Shown here: piece by piece, positions 1-10,188 of the stretch
Position numbering within the stretch: the stretch's first letter is position 1
Layout of the letters: each line of letters opens with the position of its first letter
Assembly (NCBI GenBank): GCA_030524585.1
Contig: JAUNGJ010000002.1
Coordinates: 20,406 to 84,405, forward strand
DNA length: 64,000 bases
DNA from: Eubacteriales bacterium
GTDB taxonomy: Bacteria; Bacillota; Clostridia; Lachnospirales; Lachnospiraceae
Direction of reading: 5' to 3'
The notes under the pieces: generated by a model
What the model was told of the DNA's origin: nothing
The model's input: the letters and a program-made list of their open reading frames with translations, nothing else
Databases searched by the model: none
Translations under genes and position numbers: made by a program

Positions 1-1
1 T

Positions 2-3000
2 ACAGAAGGAGCAGTGATCTACTATTCTGTAAACGGCCAGGAATATCAGATTTATGATGAGAACGCGAAACCAGTTCTTAATGAAATGCCTGTAAACATC
101 AGAACCTATGCGGCAAAGGATGGACTTACAGATAGTATTAAAGTCATTTATACCTATACATTGGGTAAGGTTAAAACCGTAAAGGCGTCCCCGAACGGCG
201 GAGCGGTTATGAAGGATACGGAAGTAACCTTAAAGTGTGATACAGAGGGAGCAACGATTCTGTATTCTGAAGATGAAGGAACAACCTGGACAGAATATAC
301 GGATAAACTGGTTCTGTCAGAGCTTCCAAAGAGCTATCAGGTTAAGGCAGTGAAGGAAGGCTATGAAGAAAGCAATGTTCTGACACTTTCCTACACCGAA
401 AGAACCAGCGAGAAGTACAGCATTTATTTTGGACAGCTTCACTCACACACCAGTTATTCAGATGGAGCGGGTTCAGCTGACAGTGCATTTAAGCATGCAA
501 GCACGGAAGTTGATAATCTTGATTTCCTTGCAGTGACAGACCACTCTAATTCTTTCGACAACACAAATGCTGCTAATATCAATGATGGCAGCATGAGTGA
601 AGAATGGGTAGAGGGTCATGCACTGGCAGATCAGTATACCACAGATGATTTTGTTGGTATTATGGGATTTGAGATGACCTGGTCTAACGGACTTGGCCAC
701 ATGAATACCTTTAATTCCGATGGATTCCAGAGCAGGACGCAGACAGAGTATTCTACTTACAGCACAGCGCTGCAGAACTATTACTCAACACTGAAGACTT
801 CTCCGAATTCAATTTCACAGTTTAACCATCCGGGAACAACCTTTGGTGATTTCAGCGATTTCGCTCACTATGATGAAGAGAGTGACAAACTGATTACAAC
901 GATTGAGGTTGGTAACGGAGAAGGCGCAATCGGAAGCAGCGGATACTTCCCGTCTTATCAGTATTATCAGAGAGCGCTGGATAAGGGCTGGCATGTAGCT
1001 CCAACCAACAACCAGGACAACCATAAGGGTCTGTGGGGCGATGCGAATACAGCACGAAGCGTTGTATTGGTAGACAGCCTTACACGCGACAATATTTATG
1101 ACGCAATGCGCAATTACCGTGTATATGCTACAGAGGACAATGATCTCAGTATCTACTATACGCTGGATGGATATGAGATGGGTTCCATTCTGACAGAAGG
1201 ACAGACTGGAGATACCGTAAATATCAAAGCAGAACTGAGCGATCCGACAGATAAGGCAATCGGCAAAGTTCAGGTTATCACAAATGGCGGACTTGTTCTG
1301 GCAGAACAGGATGTAGCTACTAATGAAGAAACCGTAGAATTTACAGTAGAAAATAAATACTCTTACTACTACCTGAAGGTTGTTGAAGGTGACAGTGATA
1401 TTGCAGTGACAGCACCGGTATGGGTAGGAGAGGTAGAAGCTGCAGGTATTAACAGCTTTACTACGGATGAGGTGCTTCCTGTTCAGGGACAGGCGCTTAC
1501 AGCAAACTTAGAGCTGTACAATAATGAAGATGAAGCCATGACGATTAACTCCATTACATTCTCAGTAGACGGAGAGATCGTACATACGGCAGATCTTGCG
1601 GCAGCAGGTCTTACAAGTGTTCCGGCTATGGGAACAGCAAATTACAGCTTTGACTATACTTATGACAAAGTTGGAAGCATGGAGATTACAGCTACTGTTG
1701 ATGCAACATTGAGCGGTGCAGCGAAGGTATACGAAAGCAATCTGAAGCTTACCTATGTAACACCGGAGATGGTAACGAAGGTCATTATCGACGGATCACA
1801 CTATAATGATTATGTTACAGGTTATTATGGCGCAAACATGGGCAACTTTACCAAGATTGCAGGACAGAAGAATGTTAAGGTCGAGATTGTAACAGATAAG
1901 ATCACACCTGAAACACTGGCAGACTGTGCACTGCTTGTTGTTTCCGCACCGGCGAGAAGATCTGGAACGGCAAACGCAGGCGACTATGTTCAGAGCTGGT
2001 TTGAGGATAAATTTATCGAAACGGTGAAAGCATACGTGGAAAATGGCGGAAGCGTTGCAGTATGTGGTCTGGCAGACTACCAGGATAAGTCTCAGTCAGA
2101 TCCTGACAAACATGCGTCAGCTCAGCTTAATAAGCTTCTGGAAGCCATAGGATCTACAATGCGTATTAATGATGATGAGGTATACGATCCGGTTAACAAT
2201 GGCGGTCAGTTCTATCGTCTGTATCCATCTGTGTTTAATATGGAATCCAAATGGACGGCCGGTATCATAACAAGTGATGATAATCCGGATAATTACCAGA
2301 AGTACAGCCAGTATTCAGGATGCTCTGTAGACCCAGGCGAGGGTACATGGCTGGTAAAAGGCTTTGACACTACTTACTCTGTAGACTCTGACAAGGACGG
2401 CGTCGGCAATACAGACGAGATTGAGACAGATGACAGCTATGGCTATCATATCGTTACTCCAAAAGGCCAGGTTGTGTTCTTAGCAAGCGAGGATACAGCA
2501 GGCGGCGGAACTGTTTTTGCAGCAGGCGGTGTATTCCTGTCTGACTTCGAGGTGGCAGCAGAGCTTGACAATCCGTTTGATCTTGCATATGCAAACCGCA
2601 CCATCGCTGAGAATATTCTGGATGCGGTGACAGTAGAACTTACGCCAATGTCAATTGCAGAGTTCCGTCAGATGGACATGGGAGAAGTAGGTGCTATTGA
2701 AGGATATGTGACCGCAGGAACAAGCAATGAGTATAACACATTCTTTGATACAATTTATGTGCAGGATGATACGGCAGGTATTACGGTATTCCCATATGCT
2801 GAGCAGGGACTTGAAATCGGTACGAAGGTAAAGATTACCGGATATGTGGATGCTTATCAGGGAGATAAGGAAATCCAGGTTATGAGTGTAAAGGTTCTTG
2901 CAGATGCGGAGAAGAAGATCTATGAACCGGAGAAGCTGAGTGCAGCGGATGCCATGAATTATGAACTGAGCGGCGGCAAGCTGGTACAGGTGCAGGGCAA

Positions 3001-3664
3001 GGTAACAGGATTGCTTCTTGATGATACAGGAAAGGGAGTATCCCAGTTCTGGCTTGATGACGGAAGCGGTCAGAAAGCAAATGTATTTATTGATGGATAC
3101 ATCAATTCCGGTACAACAGGAAAGAACGAACTGGCATCCTTCGTAAAAGAAGGTGCAACTGTATCGGCAGTTGGTCTGGTATATGCACATCCGGAGGGAG
3201 AATCTGAAGAGTCGGTTATCTGCCTGAGAGTCCGCAATGTAGACGAGATTGTCGCAGTTGCAGTTTCGGATGGAGTAAATAAGGACGACCTTCAGAATGA
3301 AGTGACGAATGCACCATCTAAGCCGCAGAGCAGCTACACAGAGGAAAGCTGGAAGGCATATCAGAACGCATTGGATAAGGCATTGGAAGTACTTGCAGAT
3401 CCAGATGCATCACAGGCAGATGTAGATGCAGCACTGAAGGCGCTTCAGGAGGCAAAGGCTGGACTGAAGGAAATCACGGCAGATAAGCCGGGCAATAATG
3501 CTGGCACTAATAAGCCGGGAAATAGCAATTCCGATACAAAGAAGTCTGGCGAAGTATCCAGGACAGGAGATGTGGCGCCGATTGCGCTGATCATCGTATT
3601 ACTTCTTATCAGCGGCGGAACAATTGCTGTATTGACGGTGCGCAGAAGGAGAAGATACAGATAA
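2..3664 (+). CDS. Cell-surface multidomain PHP-family phosphoesterase / nuclease-like protein (5' end lies outside the window)
   Basis: The reading frame is open to the window edge. PHP metal motif LHSHTSYSDG...AVTDHSN. OB-fold-like segment GYVTAGT...ITGYVDAYQGDKEIQV, as in ExeM/NucH-type extracellular nucleases. FIVAR-like helix WKAYQNALDKALEVL. C-terminal SRTGD followed by a hydrophobic helix and RRRRRYR, which looks like a sorting signal. Confidence 0.75.
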   Translation, partial: TEGAVIYYSVNGQEYQIYDENAKPVLNEMPVNIRTYAAKDGLTDSIKVIYTYTLGKVKTVKASPNGGAVMKDTEVTLKCDTEGATILYSEDEGTTWTEYTDKLVLSELPKSYQVKAVKEGYEESNVLTLSYTERTSEKYSIYFGQLHSHTSYSDGAGSADSAFKHASTEVDNLDFLAVTDHSNSFDNTNAANINDGSMSEEWVEGHALADQYTTDDFVGIMGFEMTWSNGLGHMNTFNSDGFQSRTQTEYSTYSTALQNYYSTLKTSPNSISQFNHPGTTFGDFSDFAHYDEESDKLITTIEVGNGEGAIGSSGYFPSYQYYQRALDKGWHVAPTNNQDNHKGLWGDANTARSVVLVDSLTRDNIYDAMRNYRVYATEDNDLSIYYTLDGYEMGSILTEGQTGDTVNIKAELSDPTDKAIGKVQVITNGGLVLAEQDVATNEETVEFTVENKYSYYYLKVVEGDSDIAVTAPVWVGEVEAAGINSFTTDEVLPVQGQALTANLELYNNEDEAMTINSITFSVDGEIVHTADLAAAGLTSVPAMGTANYSFDYTYDKVGSMEITATVDATLSGAAKVYESNLKLTYVTPEMVTKVIIDGSHYNDYVTGYYGANMGNFTKIAGQKNVKVEIVTDKITPETLADCALLVVSAPARRSGTANAGDYVQSWFEDKFIETVKAYVENGGSVAVCGLADYQDKSQSDPDKHASAQLNKLLEAIGSTMRINDDEVYDPVNNGGQFYRLYPSVFNMESKWTAGIITSDDNPDNYQKYSQYSGCSVDPGEGTWLVKGFDTTYSVDSDKDGVGNTDEIETDDSYGYHIVTPKGQVVFLASEDTAGGGTVFAAGGVFLSDFEVAAELDNPFDLAYANRTIAENILDAVTVELTPMSIAEFRQMDMGEVGAIEGYVTAGTSNEYNTFFDTIYVQDDTAGITVFPYAEQGLEIGTKVKITGYVDAYQGDKEIQVMSVKVLADAEKKIYEPEKLSAADAMNYELSGGKLVQVQGKVTGLLLDDTGKGVSQFWLDDGSGQKANVFIDGYINSGTTGKNELASFVKEGATVSAVGLVYAHPEGESEESVICLRVRNVDEIVAVAVSDGVNKDDLQNEVTNAPSKPQSSYTEESWKAYQNALDKALEVLADPDASQADVDAALKALQEAKAGLKEITADKPGNNAGTNKPGNSNSDTKKSGEVSRTGDVAPIALIIVLLLISGGTIAVLTVRRRRRYR

Positions 3665-3688
3665 GTAACGATAGTAAGGTGGAACAGG

Positions 3689-4897
3689 ATGAGACAAACG
3701 AAAAGCGATAAAAAAACAGAAAATTATCAGATGAAACAGCCTGTGACGACCAAGCATCGAAGGATAGGAAAGAAGGCAGGCAGTCTGGCGTTTTTAGCGC
3801 TGGCTGCCATCCTTTTTTGTGCTTTGCTGTATTACGCAAATTATGACAGGCCGACGTATACCAGCAGTGATACGTCAGGAATTGAATATGAGGTCGGAAA
3901 AGTAACCGGAATTCTTGCGGATAACAAGGTTGCGGACGAAAGTGTGGAAGGACAGTGGCTTGGCACCATGGATCTCCAGATTGAAATTCTGACCGGGCGT
4001 TACAAGGGACAGTCTGTGAATGTGACGAATTATTTCAGTGCTTTGTATAATGTTCGGGTGGAACAGGGAGATAAAGTGTCAATCAGAATCGATACATCGG
4101 AAGATGGCTATCAGGTGTCGATCTATAACTATTACCGGGTGCCTCAGATGATTGGCTGTGTGCTGGTATTCCTTCTTCTTCTCATTATTATAGGCGGGAA
4201 GAAAGGGGCAAAATCAGCTGCGGGATTAATCTTTACGATGGTGTGTATCCTCTGGCTTCTGCTTCCTCTTGCACTAAAAGGATATCCGCCGCTTTGGGTT
4301 ACCATTTTTCTGATATTGATTTGCAATCTGCTCACCTTTTATCTGGTGGACGGTATCCAGGCTAAGACGATAGTGGCTGCTGCCGGAAGCGTCTGCGGCG
4401 TGCTTGCAGGGGCAGGGTTTGCCATGCTGGCGCAGGCAGTGATGTCAGTGACAACCTATCAGATGGACGAGGCGGAGACATTGCTGCTGATTACGACGAC
4501 TACCAGACTTGAGGTTAAGGATCTGTTTCTGTGCGGCATATTGATTGCATGTATGGGAGCAGTTATGGATGTTGCAATGAGTATCGCATCTGCGGTTGCA
4601 GAGATCCACAGTGTAAATCCGCAGATGGGAAGGAAAGAACTATTCCGTTCGGGAATGAATATTGGCCGTGATGCCATGGGGACAATGTCAAACACACTGA
4701 TCCTTGCATTTGCCGGAAATTCATTGAATATGATCCTGATGATCTACTCCTACGGGGTTGGATTCCAGCAGCTAATGAATACGGATTTTGTGGCAATTGA
4801 GGTAATACGCAGTATCGCGGGCAGTATAGGAATTATCTGTACCGTTCCGATCGTAGCATTCATTTCGGCGGCGTATTTTGGGAAAAATACAGATTAA
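3689..4897 (+). CDS. YibE/F-family integral membrane protein
   Basis: One N-terminal TM helix, an extracytoplasmic domain of about 120 aa, then multiple TM helices. IIGGKKGAKSAAGL motif resembles YibE/F-like proteins. SD AAGGTGG lies 7 nt upstream of the ATG. Confidence 0.55.
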   Translation: MRQTKSDKKTENYQMKQPVTTKHRRIGKKAGSLAFLALAAILFCALLYYANYDRPTYTSSDTSGIEYEVGKVTGILADNKVADESVEGQWLGTMDLQIEILTGRYKGQSVNVTNYFSALYNVRVEQGDKVSIRIDTSEDGYQVSIYNYYRVPQMIGCVLVFLLLLIIIGGKKGAKSAAGLIFTMVCILWLLLPLALKGYPPLWVTIFLILICNLLTFYLVDGIQAKTIVAAAGSVCGVLAGAGFAMLAQAVMSVTTYQMDEAETLLLITTTTRLEVKDLFLCGILIACMGAVMDVAMSIASAVAEIHSVNPQMGRKELFRSGMNIGRDAMGTMSNTLILAFAGNSLNMILMIYSYGVGFQQLMNTDFVAIEVIRSIAGSIGIICTVPIVAFISAAYFGKNTD

Positions 4898-5005
4898 CAA
4901 AGCACGGTTATAGGGAGTGCAAGTAATTTTTCGCAGGGGATATTACATTACCTGGTAGAAATTAAAAGAAAAACTTATTTCTATTAGGGGGAAAGGAATG
5001 AAAAT

Positions 5006-7288
5006 ATGAAAAAGATATCTAAAAGATTATGCTCTCTGGTATTGGTAATGATGATGGTATTCTCTTACGTACCAGCAGTAGCAGCAGCTGACCTGGATGA
5101 TACTGCGAATGTGGAAAGCACAGAGTCATTGGATGCAGAGAACACGGAAGCAGTAGAGTCAGAAGCAGATACTGAAGAACCACAGGCAGATGCGCCGGAT
5201 ACGGATTCTGATTTAGAAGAGCCTGCTGCACAGGCAGATCCTGCAGAAGGCACAGAGGACTATGAAGGCTGGGATACCATTAAAGTATTTGAGACGACAG
5301 ATATTCATGGCTGGATTACAGATGTCTCTACTTATAAGGAAGAGACTTTCCAGTATCGTCTGGCTTACATTGCTAAGATTGTAAATGATGCACGTGCAAA
5401 TACAGAAGCTTACGATGATGTTCTGCTTTTGGATACCGGTGATATTTACCAGGGAACACCGCACTCTAACCTGACCTATGGCGCAGCGCTTCTTGCAGCA
5501 TTTGACGCTATGGAATACGATGCAGTCGGACTTGGAAATCATGAATTTGACTGGGATGTAACAACCTATGCAGCCGATTCTGATGGAACGATGGCGCCTT
5601 ATGAGATTGGCGACTATAAGGGAGATTCTGATATTCCGGTATTGATGAGTAATTTATACTATGCGGGAACGAAGAACCGGGTTGATTTTACACAGGATTA
5701 TACAGTAGTAGAAAAAGCTGGTCATAGAGTAGCTATTATTGGCTGGGCTGACGACTACAGAGCTGATATCAAGGCTTCTCAGATAGCACCGTATGAAATT
5801 GACGATGATATGAACAAACTGAATACATTGGCATCAGAAGTTAAGGAGAAGGAAGAAGCAGATATCGTGATCGTTCTGGCACATGCTGATCCGGCTCCTA
5901 TTGCAGATGCATTGGATCCGAATGTGGTTGATCTGGTAGCAGGAGGACATACTCATCAGAGAACAAATGGAACTTCTGAGGTAACTGGTATTGATTATAT
6001 GCAGGGCTATCGTTATGCTTACGGCTATTCTACAACTGAGATTAAAATTAGTCCGGAGGGAGAAGTTGACGTAGTTACACCTACATATGTCGATACTGCT
6101 TATAATTATGATCTGGTTCCAAATCTGTATTATAAGGATGGAAACAATACGGCATTGGATCCGGAAATCGTTAAAATCAGTCAGGCTGCATGGGATGCAG
6201 TAAAAGGCGAGATGTATGAGGTACTGTGTACGGTTGACCAGAGCATTACCAGATCCTATATTGATCCGGCAAATGGTACCACTTCTATCGCAGGCAGCTG
6301 GATTGCAGAACTGATGTTGGCTGCAACGAAAGAGTACAATACGGTTGCTGCATTTGCTAACCGCGGTGGCGTCCGTGCAGATCTGGTAATGGAACCAGGG
6401 GCAGCGACAAGAGATATTACAGTTGCAGATATTTATACGATTTCTCCGTTTGGTAATCGTACATTGACATTTGCGATTACAGGACAGCAGATGGCGCAGC
6501 AGTTGGAGAATGCTCTGATAGGCTTAAATCCGGAGATTGGTATTGAGGGCGGATACAGTAATTCAAACTATGGCGATCAGTTCGCGGGTATCACCATGAC
6601 TTACAGAGTGGTAGACGGCGGTATTAAGGTGGTTTCTATCATCACAGATGATGGAGAGATCATTGATGTTAATGACAATACAAAGACATATAATGTATGT
6701 ACGAATGAATACTGTGCAACACTTCCGGGATCTGTGTTTGAAAACATGACTCCGCTGGTAAAGCTGGATGATGCTCCGATCGATAACCTCAGCACAATTG
6801 AAGCCCTTCGTGAACGTCGTGATACAGTAGGTCTTGCAATGGAACTGGATACCAGCGTTCATTCCATGACTATTGAAAATAAGATTCAGCAGATTACAGA
6901 TGCAGTAGACGAGTATGATGCAGCAAACGTAACATCTGCAGATAAAGCAGCACTGGAAGGCCTGTTGACTGAGATTGATGCACTGTTTGCATCAGACAGT
7001 CTGTCAGAAGCAGAAGCTGCTGCATTACAGTCTGCGAAAGCAGATATTGCGGAAATGCTGGCAAAAATTGCTGAGGCTGACAATAAAGGTGATGGAGAAG
7101 AAGGTAATGGCAGCGATAATGTAAAACCAGCTGACAAAACCGATAATAAGACGGCTGGAAAAGGCGGTAAGGCTGCCAGAACTGGAGACACAAATGAAGT
7201 TATGCCTTGGGCAGTTATGCTGATGATCGGCGCTGTGGGCATTGCCGGTGTAGCAGAAACATCCAGAAGAAAACAAAAAAGAGGTTAA
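5006..7288 (+). CDS. Secreted, wall-anchored 5'-nucleotidase / metallophosphoesterase (UshA-like)
   Basis: Signal peptide. Calcineurin-like motifs GDIYQGTP and GNHEFD. C-terminal 5'-nucleotidase domain. FIVAR-like helices. C-terminal AARTGD followed by a hydrophobic helix and RRKQKRG tail. Confidence 0.85.
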   Translation: MKKISKRLCSLVLVMMMVFSYVPAVAAADLDDTANVESTESLDAENTEAVESEADTEEPQADAPDTDSDLEEPAAQADPAEGTEDYEGWDTIKVFETTDIHGWITDVSTYKEETFQYRLAYIAKIVNDARANTEAYDDVLLLDTGDIYQGTPHSNLTYGAALLAAFDAMEYDAVGLGNHEFDWDVTTYAADSDGTMAPYEIGDYKGDSDIPVLMSNLYYAGTKNRVDFTQDYTVVEKAGHRVAIIGWADDYRADIKASQIAPYEIDDDMNKLNTLASEVKEKEEADIVIVLAHADPAPIADALDPNVVDLVAGGHTHQRTNGTSEVTGIDYMQGYRYAYGYSTTEIKISPEGEVDVVTPTYVDTAYNYDLVPNLYYKDGNNTALDPEIVKISQAAWDAVKGEMYEVLCTVDQSITRSYIDPANGTTSIAGSWIAELMLAATKEYNTVAAFANRGGVRADLVMEPGAATRDITVADIYTISPFGNRTLTFAITGQQMAQQLENALIGLNPEIGIEGGYSNSNYGDQFAGITMTYRVVDGGIKVVSIITDDGEIIDVNDNTKTYNVCTNEYCATLPGSVFENMTPLVKLDDAPIDNLSTIEALRERRDTVGLAMELDTSVHSMTIENKIQQITDAVDEYDAANVTSADKAALEGLLTEIDALFASDSLSEAEAAALQSAKADIAEMLAKIAEADNKGDGEEGNGSDNVKPADKTDNKTAGKGGKAARTGDTNEVMPWAVMLMIGAVGIAGVAETSRRKQKRG

Positions 7289-7319
7289 TTTCTTCATATA
7301 ATGATTTATAGTAAAATGA

Positions 7320-7353
7320 AAAGCCTGATTCTACAAAAGAGTCAGGCTTTTGT
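7320..7353. terminator. Bidirectional intrinsic terminator between convergent genes
   Basis: 9-bp stem AAAGCCTGA/TCAGGCTTT (7320-7328 / 7342-7350), flanked by an A-run upstream and a T-run downstream. Confidence 0.7.
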
Positions 7354-7355
7354 CG

Positions 7356-8246
7356 CTATTTATATTCAAATCCACTTGGTTCGCAGAGTGGTTTTTCTAA
7401 CAGCTCAGGATTGGCGAAAATATGTTTTATCAATTTCAGACTGCGGGCAAAATAGAATCCATCTGCGATTCGCTCATCCAATGTGGCGCCGATGTCGATC
7501 AAATCGCGGATTTCCCTGTGACCGTCCGGCATTAGAACCTCATCCTTGTGAAGCGTTCCGATAGTAATCATAATGCTGTTTGTCCCATAATTGTTCAGAT
7601 GATGATAGACAGCAGGGCATTTGATACTTCCAAGATTGCTGCACAGAATCGTCGTGTAGTTTGGATCGCCTTTCGTAATAAAATCCGGATTCAGACCCCA
7701 GAAATCCAGCCAGCGGATGATGCGGATCAGCAGCATGAGGATTGGCCGGGGAATTTTGGCAAAGGTATCCAGTAATGAGTCGACACCTCCGGTGGAATGC
7801 TCGCTTTTCCTGGTTTCCTTCACATCGCCGATGATTTTGCGGCTGATTTCATTGACAGTGTCGGTGTCCTTTGGTACGAGTACCATGAGCGCTTCTTCGG
7901 CATGATCCGTAAAACGGCGTTTGCATACAAAGCTCAGGCTGATTTCGTCCCGCTCATAGATACGGCGTCCCTGAATAAAACGGTTCATTAGAGGCCGTTC
8001 TTTTACCATACGTGCAAGACCTGTGACAGCGCAGTGGAAAATGGTCAGTTTATAGTCCGGGTTTTCAAGATTTTTCTTTTCAATATACCTCATCAGCTCT
8101 GTTGCGTCGATGGTATCATTCAGATATACTTCACAGTCGGTACGGTTTGGCATAAGGTGTGCCATAACGGATTGTAAGCCGGGAGTATTGCGGACCAGGC
8201 GGGCATCCCGGCGGTCTCCCCAGCGTTTTTGATTTGGTTTGCTCAT
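7356..8246 (-). CDS. 2-oxoacid dehydrogenase acyltransferase-like (CAT-fold) stand-alone acyltransferase
   Basis: N-terminus KRWGDRRDARLV and catalytic-type motif DERIADGFYFA (analogue of DHRxxDG). Its start overlaps the stop of the upstream ligase gene (ATGA at 8243-8246). Confidence 0.65.
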   Translation of the reverse strand: MSKPNQKRWGDRRDARLVRNTPGLQSVMAHLMPNRTDCEVYLNDTIDATELMRYIEKKNLENPDYKLTIFHCAVTGLARMVKERPLMNRFIQGRRIYERDEISLSFVCKRRFTDHAEEALMVLVPKDTDTVNEISRKIIGDVKETRKSEHSTGGVDSLLDTFAKIPRPILMLLIRIIRWLDFWGLNPDFITKGDPNYTTILCSNLGSIKCPAVYHHLNNYGTNSIMITIGTLHKDEVLMPDGHREIRDLIDIGATLDERIADGFYFARSLKLIKHIFANPELLEKPLCEPSGFEYK

Positions 8247-9949
8247 GAGTTCTGATTCCTTTCTTGAGGGGAAATGTTATTGGACTCTTCCTCCAGCAGG
8301 CGGTATGCCACTTTGCCGACAAGTGTTTTCGGAAGTTCCTGGCGAAATTCGATTTCTTTTGGCAGGGCATAACGTGCTACATGGAGGCGCAGGTATTCCA
8401 TGATGCGCTTTCTGCGTTCTGCATCAGGAGAAATACCGTCCTTCAGTACAATATATGCTTTGACCCGGTGCATACGGCGTGGGTCTTTGACACCGATTAC
8501 ACAGCTGTAGGAAACATCCGGATGTGCGTCGATGATATTTTCCACCTGACCCGGATATACGTTATAGCCGTTGGTAATGATCAGACGCTTCATGCGCTGG
8601 CGGTAATAGACATAGCCATCTTCATCCATATATCCCAGATCACCGGTGTACAGCCAGTTCTTTCCATCTGAGAGTGGCTTCAGGGCATCGGAGGTTTCTT
8701 CGGGATTATCCAGATATCCCAGCATGACGGTAGGGCCGCTCAGAATGATCTCCCCTTCTTTACCGCAGGGCATGTCTTCATCTGTGCCAGGCTTTACAAT
8801 GCGGTAACTGGTATCCGGGAATGGAATGCCGATACTGCCTTCGCGGTAGGTATCCCGGGGAGTCAGGCAGCTGGCGGTCACACATTCGGTTAATCCATAG
8901 CCTTCCCTTATCTGAATGGAAGAACCGTGCTCTTTCAGAAAGGCATCTACTTTTTTCTTTAATTCTACGGAAAGCGAGTCGCCGCCGCAAAACATGCCCT
9001 GAAGAAAGCTCAGGTCTTTCCCGTTTAAATCCGGTATGTGAAGCAGCGCTTCGAAAATCGTTGGTACGCCGGCGATAAAATTCGGCTTTTTCTTAATCAG
9101 CATCTGGGCGTAGCTTTTATTGGTAAAGGTAGGCATAAGAATACAGCAGGCGCCGTGGATCAAAACGGTGTGCAGATTAATACCCAGACCAAAACCATGA
9201 AAGCATGGCATACAGCTCAGCATTTTAAGACCGGTATGAAATTCCTGTCCAATCGCTTCGCGGGCCTGCATGGCACAGGCGTTAAAATTCAGGTCTGAGA
9301 GACAGATGCCCTTGGGAGTGCCGCTGGTTCCCCCACTGTAGAGGATAACAGCAGTACGGGACGGATTAAATTCCGGCGCGGGAAGCAGGGTGGGTTTGCT
9401 GCCTTTCTTCAGAAAATGCTTCCACAAAACTGCGTGGTCAGTATTGGGGAAGCGGAGAAAATCCTTCCCTTTCTTTATTACGTAAGCAGCTTTCAGAGCT
9501 GGATTCAGTTCATCCTGTATGCGGGCAACCAGAACGGTGACGGGCTGCTCAACCTCAAATAGGGCTTCTTCAACCTTCTCATAAAATAAATCAGCCGTCA
9601 GGATTGCTTTGCTGTGGGAAATTCTCAGATAAAACGAGATCTCGCTGCGGGCGGACAGGGGGTGAACCATGTTGGCAATTGCTCCGATACGGTTAAGAGC
9701 ATAGAAGCAATCCAGTGCCTGTGGTGTGTTGGGCATGCAGATCGTCACGGCATCTCCCTTTTCTATGCCCAGGGCCAGAAAGGCACGGGCAGCGCGCTCA
9801 ATACGGCGGATAAAAGCCAGATAGCTGGTTTTTCGCCCATAGAATTCATAGGCCGGCTCCTTCGGATACAGGCCGGCAATCTGTTCGATCATCTGGAACA
9901 TCGTTAATTTGGGGTATTCCAGATGGCTTCGCTGTGTATAAGTTTCCAT
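8243..9949 (-). CDS. AMP-dependent long-chain acyl-CoA ligase
   Basis: AMP-binding signatures YSGGTSGTPKG, GYGLTE and YTGDLGYMDEDGYVYYRQRMKRLI. The ORF track starts at TTG 10024. I prefer the ATG at 9949 (METYTQRS); 9964 is also possible. Confidence 0.85.
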   Translation of the reverse strand: METYTQRSHLEYPKLTMFQMIEQIAGLYPKEPAYEFYGRKTSYLAFIRRIERAARAFLALGIEKGDAVTICMPNTPQALDCFYALNRIGAIANMVHPLSARSEISFYLRISHSKAILTADLFYEKVEEALFEVEQPVTVLVARIQDELNPALKAAYVIKKGKDFLRFPNTDHAVLWKHFLKKGSKPTLLPAPEFNPSRTAVILYSGGTSGTPKGICLSDLNFNACAMQAREAIGQEFHTGLKMLSCMPCFHGFGLGINLHTVLIHGACCILMPTFTNKSYAQMLIKKKPNFIAGVPTIFEALLHIPDLNGKDLSFLQGMFCGGDSLSVELKKKVDAFLKEHGSSIQIREGYGLTECVTASCLTPRDTYREGSIGIPFPDTSYRIVKPGTDEDMPCGKEGEIILSGPTVMLGYLDNPEETSDALKPLSDGKNWLYTGDLGYMDEDGYVYYRQRMKRLIITNGYNVYPGQVENIIDAHPDVSYSCVIGVKDPRRMHRVKAYIVLKDGISPDAERRKRIMEYLRLHVARYALPKEIEFRQELPKTLVGKVAYRLLEEESNNISPQERNQNS

Positions 9950-10188
9950 TTCAATATCTCTCATTCTTATGTAATCTAATGTTTTTTCTGTTTTTAATAT
10001 ATACTCTTTACCGCAGAAATTCAATTATTATTTTACATGTATGGATTATAGGATTTCTTTCATGAATCCTAATTTAGGCAACATTTTTGAAAAATTAGAG
10101 ATTATTTATTGTTTATAATTTTTTTATTCTATAAAGGAAAAAAAGAGTTATAATATATAGTTATGAAATTATATTAGGAGTACAGAAG

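Noticed and set aside
10049-10071. Inverted repeat TAGGATT-N9-AATCCTA in the divergent ligase/PlsAR-like control region, considered as a possible MerR operator.
   Set aside because: The region is very AT-rich, so short palindromes are expected by chance. I could not place it between a convincing -35 and -10 with the 19-bp spacing typical of MerR promoters.
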